In this document: piece after piece, positions 53,937 to 64,000 of the stretch
How the letters are laid out: the number at the start of each line of letters is the position of its first letter
Numbering within the stretch: the stretch's first letter is position 1
Origin: Pelomyxa schiedti
Lineage: Eukaryota; Protista; Evosea
Assembly: GCA_020536535.1 (NCBI GenBank)
Contig: JAHLWZ010000870.1
Coordinates: forward strand, 1,156 to 65,155
DNA: 64,000 bases
Direction: 5' to 3'
The notes under the pieces: generated by a model
Seen by the model: the letters and a program-made list of their open reading frames with translations, nothing else
The model's database searches: none
Told to the model about the DNA's origin: nothing
Made by a program: the position numbers and the translations under genes

Positions 53937-56836
53937 TCAAGTCTTCAGGGCAAAAGGCACGACTGTCGAGGGAGTGAGCACGATGGGGAGTTGTGCTACA
54001 AGTGTGCCGGGAGGTGCCTGGGTCTTGGTCCTCAGTTGGCTGACTGCACCATCAGACTGTGAGTGTCTCAGTCTGGTGGAAGTCGGTCTGGTGGAGTTAG
54101 TTAGAGCAAAAAGCAAGGTGGGTATTGGCATATTAAGAGTTAGGTAGGAGGAGGAAGCTCACGAATAGCTGGGATATGTGCAAGGAGCATGGTGCACGTG
54201 CATCTGTATGGAGTAGGTGACATGCAAGTTGTTGTGTTCCAGGGTGGAGAGCAGTATTCTATTTGAAGGTGGCTGCCACACAAACGCCGTGTTGAGAACA
54301 CCTCCGGGGCCAATCGGATCAGCTGGAACTGTGGTTCCGCATATGCAGCGATTCCAATTTGTTTTGTACCCTGGCGCAATGCCTTTAACGGTGCAGCACA
54401 GCTGAACTGACACACGAGAAATACATAAATTGGGAGTTCGGTTGCACAACCTGCTGGTTGTTTACAGCTAGGAGGGAGAAGATTATAGTACCTGATACTG
54501 ATCACAAAGCTCTCTCCAATTTCGAAAACTGACTTCTGAAGGAATGCTAGCAGGTAAAGGCAGCCAACTTCGTCTTGACCTCCATCTGTGATTGTGCCTT
54601 GTTGACGAAGGGCGGGTGTTGCACCGCTGCATAACAAACATTGGGAATTGAAGTAGGAAGTCAGACGGGCAACTGGTGCAGGCCTACAGAGTACCGAAGT
54701 TGGCAGGAAATTTTGTGAGCTTGGGTTCCACATGGTGACATAACATAGCTTGTTTATCTGCAACTATTAGTAACTAGAACTTCCAAGTGAGGAGGGTACA
54801 CGCTCAAGTGAGGACTGTTGTTTAACTGTTCCATAAACGGAAACCCAGTAAGTGACCCGCACCGTGCCGCCTGTAGAAGATGATAAAACCGTCGGAATCA
54901 TATGGGCAGGGATGGGAATTTTGAATGGAAAAGCATTCAAGCCCATTTTTGGGGTGGTTTCATTGAGAAGATTGGTTGGTTCGGACACAAGAAGTTCGTC
55001 TAAAAAGGCACCACTTATTCCACGTGTCAAGTAGTAGCCATATATCGTCCTCACCAAAGCACTACCACATAGCGCAACTACAATTAAGTGAACAAATTTA
55101 TGGAGGCAAAAGATAAAACCATGAAGAGCATGCAACTTTGTATGGGGGGTCTCTTCCCAAAACACTGTTCCAGAGCAGGTGGAGCCCGATGTTAAAATTC
55201 TGCGCAGAGGATGAGGACTGGAAAGTATGTGCAGTAATGCACTTGTTTTGGACATCCAAAAGCAGATTTGGGCAATCCGTTTCGTACATCACCGGGTACT
55301 TTGGAATGTCCAACTTTGCTTGAGATTTGGAGCCAATAGTTTCGTGAGGATATCTCTCAACAGGTAAAGGAAGGGACAGGTAGCAGGAAGAAGAAAATAG
55401 GATACAACACTACACCAGCTAAGCCTTCAGGATCACCCACAAAAACTGTAGGAAGTTTTGCCACACCAACACCTTCCTTGGGTTCTGTGCGAATTTTGAA
55501 GCTGGGAAACAACTTCATCACTTTGTTTATAGTGTAAGGCATTAATTACCTTAATCGTAAAAAGCACGCATTGCATACTTGGTGCTGTTGTGTGTTAGGT
55601 TGAAGCTGAAATCGATTTATACAGCAAGTTCTACAAAAATTGTGTCGGCATAGTCTGGCATGGGTATCAGCTTTTCACGTGCAATAAAAAAATGAAAGAG
55701 AATTACGTAGATGTACCGGCATTTCAAGCGTTGACGAGTTAAAAGTAAGAAGTAGGCTCCACACCCATAACACATATTGGCATCTTCATTGGAGCATGAG
55801 TTGCCAGAAAATAGCATTAAGAAAGTTTACCATCCTTTTCATCACCAAGATGCGCGCCTAGAAGCTCAGTTGATAACGAAATCCATTGACTGTCACATCC
55901 AAGGTCATCAAAGTCCTCTGTAGCAGTAAAGGAAGTCTCATTTCTAGACGGGGCACCAGAATCGCTTGCACAAGAGAAACTTCCGAGCATGTTGATATTC
56001 CGAGCATTTCGACTATGAGCGAGGCGTTCTTGCGGAAGCCGTATACCACTGAAAGTAGCAGACATGAAGGAGTTGTAACTAGGTTGTGTACTACACACAT
56101 CAGATATGGTTCCAGGCACTTTCCTCGGAATGTGGGAGCTATATCCAACGGGGTGTTTACGAGGCAGTCTTCTTCCAGTGGCAGTGTTATGGAAGGCATA
56201 CGAGGGCTTCGATTTCGCCGGCTCGGCATCGCTGTCAATGTCTCCCCTGTACCCGTCGCTCCCGCTCCGCTTGCGATTTGTAAAGGTAACCGCCGCCGCC
56301 GCATCGCCCGTCTCCGAGTCGCCACAGTCACTCACATCAGCATCGCTCACGCTCTCGCCTCCACTCGCGTCGCTCTCGCTGCTGTCCGTGGAAGAACACA
56401 GGGGGTCGCCGCGCTCCGCTCTTCTCGTGTTGTCACGCGTTGGCGTCGCCGTCGCCGTAGCAGTCGAGTAACTGTCCGCGCCGCCGAGCTCGTGTGCGTT
56501 GCTTTCGCTGGTTTCGCTCCCTTCGGTGGTAGGCAAGCACGGAGGAGACGACGGAGGCGTCGAAGCGGCCACGTTGCCGTAGCTCGTGGGGCGGCTGATT
56601 GGGTAGATTTCACAGGCGGCGGGGGGGGTCTGCGCCGTTCGCGCGGGGACGGTGGCGTCGGAGAAGCGCTGAAATTGGGCCAAAGAGCTCTCCACAATGG
56701 CGAGGCGCGCCTGGATCGCCCTCATCTCGCGGTGCAACAGATCTTCGCGGTTGTGAACCAAAACCGATGACGACACCATTACGCCCATCGCTGTTCGCCC
56801 ATCTAGTGGATGTCGTTGGTCCGGCTGCATGATCAC
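53937..56836 (-). CDS. FYVE-like zinc finger plus arrestin-fold protein
   Basis: CYGCGAYFLLLTRQRLKCR-LCRHNFCRTCC...VCNACF is FYVE-like. GLNAFPFKIPIPAHMIPT...VRVTYWV and HLQIEY are arrestin N/C-like. The 3' end is approximate. Confidence 0.65.
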
Positions 56837-57010
56837 AGACAGCGTTGTTTTACGGGACGCACCTGCTCTTCTCCGAAATCAAGAGATCTTCCATCGGTGT
56901 ACCCAGGCAATCCTCTGAGCATGTATACCTGCGAATAGTGCTCAGGCTGGAATATTTACAATGTATGAATTGGATCCTCCACACAGGCGGCCAGGACATT
57001 CACATAAACA

Positions 57011-60000
57011 ATGATTCACCTCGTCTTTGATCTTCAAACTTTTCAGGCTCATTCATTGCGACATCTACACAAATGCACTCAAGTGCTCCGAGACGTCAAG
57101 TCCCCAGACCCAGGTAGGTTTCCATCAAAATCCGCAACACCCCCCTTTTTTTTTTCGCCCCCTAATGTTCCTTGTGTGTCACTCATTTTATTTATGGGGG
57201 GGGATAAGGCTTTATGCAGACACAATTCGGGCGTGTGTGCGCAGGGCAATAAGCACCATCAATGGCACAAGCGGCGGAATTGGCGACAGTGTTGTCAACA
57301 GTAACATTGGCTCCAGCGTCGGGGCGGTGAAGTATGCGCCGACCAGGTGGTGGCTGTTTGGCGTCGCGTGCCTGGCCGTCGTGGTGGCGGCCCAGTGCCT
57401 TGGGCTGGCACACTTTGTCAGGGGGTTCTTTCCTTCTCTGTCAACTTTTGCTTTGAACCCGCAGCCGGCGTGTGGTGGTGATGACCCTGCAATGTGCGCT
57501 GCAACACAACAGTTTTCCAGTGGCTCTTATGAAATGCAAATGGTTTGTTTGCTATACTATCACTCCTCTTTTTTTTTTTTTTTTTTTGGCTTTTTTGGGG
57601 GGTAGCTATTGCTTACAATGTGCCTTAACACAAAAGAATCAAAATGAACCTGCTTTTGATAGAATGGTGTTTATGGTGGTTGACGCTCTGAGGTCTGACT
57701 TCCTGTTCAATCCTAAGTCTAAAGTGAACTTGTGTTTTTATTTTTTTTTCTTCCATTTCTTTTATTTTTACTGACAAGGTCTCTAGATGTCTTTCACACA
57801 TTCATTGATATCATCAGGCAATGGATACTCGTACGTAGCACACGCACAGCCACCCACAGTTACCATGCCACGCCTCAAGGCACTCACTGGAGGAGTTGTT
57901 CCCATGTTCATGGATGTTTTACTGAACTTGGACTCCCCAAGTATGACATCACCAAACTGGGTAAATGAACTGGCTGCAAGGCACAAGAAAGTTCTCTTTT
58001 ATGGGTGTGTTGCTGTTAAGAACCTTTTTTTTTTATCTCATGTATCACCAGGGATGACACTTGGCTCAGACTTTTCCCGGGTACCTTTACTCGTTCAGAG
58101 GGTACCACAAGTTTTTTTGTTACTGTATGTGATGGTGTCTTCACTGAGACTCCTGTAATTTTTTCCCTGTAGGATTACAAGACTGTTGACGATAATGTGA
58201 CACGCAATGTGGTTTCAGAGCTGTCACATGATGATTGGGATGTTATGATTCTGCATTACCTTGGTGTTGATCACATTGGGTATGAATTCCTTTCTCCATT
58301 GAACCTAAATTAAGACACTTCTTTTTCAGGCATTTGCAAGGACCAAACAGGTTCAAACCTGAGTTTTTTTTTCCCCCTGTTACTAAATTCTCAAAAGCCC
58401 TTTAATGGGACCAAAGCTCATGGAAATGGATGATGTTGTGAAAACAATTTACGAGGCGATCACCGAGCAAGATAAGCTCCACTGTAATGCTTCAAAATGT
58501 CCACACACGTTACTGGTTCTGGTTTCAGATCATGGCATGAATGAGGTTCGTCTTCCACTTCTTCCGTTACTCTGATTTGGCTCTGAAGATTGGCAATCAT
58601 GGTGGGACATCACTAGGCGAAGTCTCCGCTGTTGCGGTCTTTCTCAGTGATCTCTTCAGCTCTTCTCCCCTGCTATCAAGGGGGATCTCACCTTCTACAA
58701 TTCAACAAGTTGACATATGCCCTACTGTGGCTCTTTTGTTGGGACTGGGGATTCCAAAAGAAAATGTGGGCACCATAATTCCTGATCTATTTTGCGGTAT
58801 ACTATGTTTCCATTCCAGATCCTCTCTAACACTGTCCTAATAGACCCCAAAGTGTTACTACAGGCACTTGAAGTAAACGCAGCCCAGCTAGCTTCACTCA
58901 TACAGAAGAACAACTTGTGGGATTCTCCATGGGGGAATTCTCAGCGTAACCAATTGTCCATTGCAAGGCTGCATCACGCACTTTACAATTCTACCTTGCC
59001 TGCTGGGCCCAGTGAGGGGGATGAAGAATTTCATGCAGAGAAAGCAAAAGAGGCTTATCTAATAGTGTGCAATTGACTTTTATTTCGAAATAACGTGAAA
59101 TACCAGTTCTCTCGTTCTGTATTTGATGAATTTGTCCGTGCGCTCGAACGTCCAGATTACTACACAATGGGAGTAGGAGTGGGAATGCTTTTTGCTGCCG
59201 CCTCTGCAGCAGTGATAGTATTCGTTTACAGTGTCTTCGGGACCAAACCTTTCTTTTCGCAATGTAAGCTGACATTTACTCAAATCTCAGATTGTAACTC
59301 TGAAAAAGTTCCCTCTATTTGGAGCTGTCTCCAGTTACTTATTAGTGCCACAGTTGTTTTAATGTACCCTTGCACTGAGGAGCAAGTGACATTTTTTTAC
59401 CTCTCATAGGTGCATAAATTGGTTGCATTGTTCATCCACAGTTACTGGGGAGACTGGTACTGGCACTGACTCTGTTTTATGTAAGGTGTGTCCCTTCCAA
59501 TCCAAATCACTTCCCCAAATGACTTCTTGAAGGGGACACCTATTGGCTATGGCCTGGCCCTCATGTCAGCGTTGTGTGTGGCTGCTTGTTTACTTCCAGT
59601 TATGGGAGTACAAACGATACGTTATGCGTTGAGCTTCCCGTTTTGTGATCCTCCCTCACCTCTCGATGCCCCACGCTTCCCAACTGTGGCTATGAGCTCT
59701 GCAAGTCATAGCCATGCCCACCAACATGGGCGACGTCCTAGTGACGGCTCTCCTGTGCGGCGTCCTAGTGACGCTGACAGTAGTACAACAAATGCCAATG
59801 TAGCGCCTCACAAACTAGTCACACCAAAAATCATGGTGGGATTGATGTGTATTGGCTTCACCTTACATTTCTGTAGCATGTTTAGTACGCCTCCCCTCTG
59901 TCACAATCCTTTATTATTCCTGTTAACCCTTGCACAGGCAGCAGTCTCATAGAGGAAGAACACAGAATATGGTTTTTCCTTTCAACAACATTTTTGATTA

Positions 60001-61586
60001 TCTTGTTCATAGACGCACTCTTATCAAATGACCCCAATTTATCAGCTCTTGTGTGTTTTATGCTTCAAGCCTGATTGCTAAGTAGTTCCCTTTTTTTCAT
60101 AGGGGTGGATATCCAGTACCCTCTTAATCACAAGAGTAATTCAAGCTTGGAATAACACTGGGGCCCAGGCAAGATGGAGTGAAGGTATGACACGAGCTCT
60201 CTGATAATGTGGCAAATGTCAACAAGGTGATATCGCTGGCATACTTGTTGGCACGCACTTCTACTCTCGTGCTGCACTGTTAGTATGCAATGGTTTCGCT
60301 GTGTCAATAATGACAATGTACACCCACTCTTTCACAAAAAGGCATGTATTATGCCTTGGAAAAATGGTTGCTTCTTTTCTATCGATTGAATACCTGTTCA
60401 CAATATCTTCCAGATGGGCAGTACCTTCGAGCTTGTTGTTATCATTGCTAGTTGCCTTGTTTGGGTGTACCACTCTCATATCGGCAGTTCACTAGCAGGT
60501 GGCAGCTCACACTTGATCTTAGCAAGGTGCACTTTCTGCTGTGTTGCTATGTTGGTTGTTATGTCAGTCTTATGGCCATTGCAAAGAAAGGTAACACCAA
60601 GTTTTCCTACTGAGCTAACACGTTTTCAGAAAGTACAACATTGGTCCTCAACACTTAGAGTAACACCAACCCTGATTTCCATATCTCTACTTCCCCTGTT
60701 ATTGGTGTCGTTTCCTTCTTTCTCGCTACTTCACCTTTTTAACTAAGATAAGATGCTTAATCGCCCTCACAATATGCTTTTGATAATTCTCATATGTATG
60801 CAAGCAATATCTTTCATGCACTTCTCCACAGGTTAGTTGTCCCAAAACCAAAAAACCGGTTGTGCCTAAGTTATTTTAGCTGATCCGAGTGTAACGTCAG
60901 TATTGCCCACTACAGTGCTGTCCAGGCTATGTGTTTTGTATAGCTTTGGAAAGTGCGCTTTTTTTGCGCTAGGGAATTCCAACAGTATTTCCTTCATTGA
61001 CCTCAGTGGTGCCTACACAGGTAAGGTCGATTTTTCAACGAGTTGCGGTTGATAATATTTTTAGGTCTTCAGGGCTATCATCCCGCTTTGGTTGGACTGC
61101 TTGCGGCGTTGATTTTATACACAGGGCCACTTATGTATCTACTAGCATCTATCGTTCTTTTATCAAGGCTCGCGAGTCTGGTCACACGGTTTTTTAATTG
61201 CAAATTTTCCGGTGTACAAACTCATCTTTTCTCTAAAAGAGTTTCTGTCACACTTGCCCAAGGTGTTCTGTGGCACTGCTGTATGTGAACATTAAATTTT
61301 CCCTCACTGACTTGCTTTAGACTTAATAACCGCACATCAAGCAACAAGCTTATTTTTGATGAGCCTTATTGTTATTGTATTCAGAAATCACCTTTTTGTG
61401 TGTTCTCCCATTTCCCTCTATCCCCTAACAACAAACCACCACAAGATATGGTCAGTATTCGCACCGAAGTACATCTATGAGGTGTTCCACACTGCTTTCC
61501 AAGTTTTTGTATTCGGCGTGCTTTCATTCACTCCTAGAATTCTTGTGTTTGTTGCCACCCTCACAGCACCGCCTGCATCTCCCTAA
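57011..61586 (+). CDS. PIGG: GPI ethanolamine-phosphate transferase 2 (PIG-G/GPI7)
   Basis: FDRMVFMVVDALRSDF, PPTVTMPRLKALTGG, GDDTWLRLFP, TVDDNVTR, ILHYLGVDHIG, SDHGM..GNHGG, LGNSNS, RNHLF-IWSVFAPKY. Start codon uncertain. Confidence 0.88.
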
Positions 61587-64000
61587 TCTTTTTGCAAATA
61601 GCACATTTTTACAATAGAAAAATCAATTTCACGGTTCTTGTCTGCCGAGATAGAGCAGTTGCTTCTAGTCTGTTATTTCGCTACAACAGAATCTTTTGTT
61701 TCTGCGACTTACGCAAAGGGCTGCCTCTTCGTTCCTTGTTTTTAGGGTTGAGTCATTTTGTTGATCCATGTGAAGCCGTCACAGAGGCCATAGCCGGTTT
61801 TGGCGGAACAGGCCCGCACTTGACAAGGGTGACCGGTCAAATGAAAAGTAAACTGCTAAGTCCTGTGGGCTCATGCACCCTGGTAAGTCACACTTGTTGG
61901 CTGTTGGTTTTCTTGGAGTTAGATGTATGCTTCAGCTTTGAACTTGCTGGGCTTCCTGTTCTTTTGTTCGGTATTTGTTGTATTCAAAGCTAACAACTGT
62001 GTGGAATTCGGGGATTTACAAGGCAGCCTTACATGGGACTCATATTGGCCACACCTCTCACTATCGCTATCCTCTTGATGAATATTAAGTACCTCGCATG
62101 TAGTTTAATTTTCGTATCTGTATCTGCCGTGTATATATACGTAGGTAGTATCTCTTCTCCCTTGTATATCTCTGAGGGTCTTTAAGGTCCAATCAATGCT
62201 GTTCTCAACAACAGTGTCGATGCCAACTCACGGAGTAGAGCCATGAGGTACAATTCTCATATGCTCTATAAATATTTGACCAATTTCCAGCCTTAACCTA
62301 CTAATTGTAAACTCCTGTGGGTCTTCATATAGCTCTGCTGTTGTGGTATCAACCACTTGCAGTGTTTACAACACTTTAATTCACCTGCAATAGGGAGCAA
62401 TCTCCGATTCTACCGGGAAACTCGACATGGCCCTTTTAGTTGTACCGATTATGTTCTTCCTGGCCTGTGTGATATGGATTGTAGCATGGCTTGGGTGAAA
62501 CAATCCACAGCTGTCAATGCGATTGTAACGCCGCAGCGTCCTGTCACCTGCACTTGGAGACCGCACCAACAAGGGTTGCCAGCCCAACAATGGCCACCAG
62601 TCTGTGTGGGTGTGGTATAGACGCCATGCGCCAGACCGACACTGTCACTCCCGTAGAATGCCACACAAGTGCTTGAAGTGCACCAGCAACCGACGAGCAC
62701 ACCGAGAATGTGTCAGCATGCAGGGGGAAGGTCAAACGTAGTGCGCCCATAGGAAAGAACTAGTCTCGTGCTACCACTCTTGTGGTGAGGGGTCGCGTAT
62801 GATCAAGGGGAAGCGCTATTCTATTATTTTTATCTGTTGTTTAGCACTCTAGCGGCTATTAGGCACCATTAGTGCTTTAGCCTTCACCACACACCAATTT
62901 GGTCGCGATTCTAATGATCAACGGAAGTGGATCAAAGGTGCACACCAAAAGGGAAACAAAATCCCACAATTCCACTCTCTTGTTGTGGGGGTGTTGTGTG
63001 AGGGTGCTGAGAAGAAAACAAAATTCCCAAGCTCCTCCCTCTGTGTGCTTCTGTGGGATGTGTAGTTCATGGTGATGGCAAAGCAGAGAACAAGAATGAG
63101 ATCAAGAAAGAGATTCTCCTAAGAGCTGAATTCAAGGTAACTAGTAATCCTCATTTCTGTTGTTCTAATGACAAGATATGATCAGGTGTGATATGGAACA
63201 TCTTTTTTTTACCTGGGTGGAACTTTGTGTGTACTAATTCAAAGAAATTGGCATACCTTGGGCCAAGGCCACAAGGTTGTGCTTATCAGGACTTGAAAAG
63301 TGGCTCTCGTTGTTCGCACACTTTTGTGTGGAGAATAAAACATTTCCCTGTTCAAATGGCACATGGGGGAGGGGAGGTGACACTGAGGCAGTGGTGTTGC
63401 ATTGCAAGTGGGGAAGTGCCCCAACTGAAAGGATCACCATCAGTGGAAAGTGCAAGAGTGTGAACCAGCTGCCACCTTCGCAATCTTCATTGTGTCTTGG
63501 AAACAACAGGGCCTAGCCATTTCAATGTGTGGCCTGTGTGCAGATTATGAAGTTGGAAAAGGGGACTCTTCACACCATGGAGAGATTATATCATCACCAA
63601 TGCTGCACTGGCTGAAAGTATTTGTCCCAAGGGATGCCAATGCATACAACCCTGCTTCAGTAGATTGAATCAATAAATGTTTGGCACCAAAGCCAGATAG
63701 TTATACATTTTGGGTGTGTTTGTGTTTGTGTTGAGGTTTTTGTATTTGTGTTTTTGTATAGAAATGAGATGAACTTGGTGTGCGTTTATAAAGGATTCCA
63801 AAGCCAAAGGTCTTGGGTATATCGATGATCTTTCTCTGAACTTGATTTCCGAACTTGGTAAGTGATGACTCCGAGACTCGCCTGTTGCACCAGCTTGTAC
63901 TGCTTGGCTTGCAGATGCACAGATCCACACCCAAATGTAACTATTAGTTCTAGAGACTGCCCACACGGTAGGTACTTCTTCCACAAGCTAGGCTTTTGTT

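Noticed and set aside
8813-56836. Apparent endolysosomal gene cluster (PQ-loop, C2CD5, myotubularin, Rab5-like fusion, FYVE-arrestin, protease)
   Set aside because: These genes are interspersed with unrelated ones and trafficking genes are abundant in amoeboid genomes; there is no evidence beyond chance.
1-64000. Alternative genetic code or stop readthrough to explain fragmented ORFs
   Set aside because: Nearly all breaks examined resolve with short GT-AG introns, and the intronless 1055-aa ORF reads normally in the standard code.

Overview
Eukaryotic, very gene-dense protist DNA in the standard genetic code. It has many short (~35-90 nt) GT-AG introns, intergenic gaps often under 150 bp, GC-rich first exons and two 100-N scaffold gaps. 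The gene content looks amoebozoan and the style recalls Archamoebae such as Pelomyxa; this is inference only. By manual splicing I reconstructed about 23 protein genes: Maelstrom-domain protein, two HAD hydrolases, claudin-like protein, F-box-like protein, PQ-loop transporter, cobalamin-dependent radical SAM enzyme, OTU deubiquitinase, LNR-repeat surface protein, kinesin fusion, HExxH metallopeptidase, Sel1-repeat protein, C2CD5, myotubularin, CDC123-like ATP-grasp, VWA5A-like fusion, papain-like protease, CEPT/EPT, CABIN1, FYVE-arrestin, PIG-G and unknown proteins. No rRNA, tRNA, CRISPR or recognisable transposon was seen. The most striking item is a VIT-vWA (VWA5A-like) protein at 38074-42381 (-) carrying a syntaxin-type SNARE motif and a circularly permuted Rab5-like GTPase with motif order G2-G3-G4-G5-G1. 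Also notable: an intronless kinesin / alpha-beta hydrolase / RING / YEATS fusion, an intron-rich bacterial-type B12 radical SAM enzyme, a myotubularin with SH3 and CRIB, and a Maelstrom apparently lacking DEDD residues. All exon structures and family calls were made by eye without database searches.
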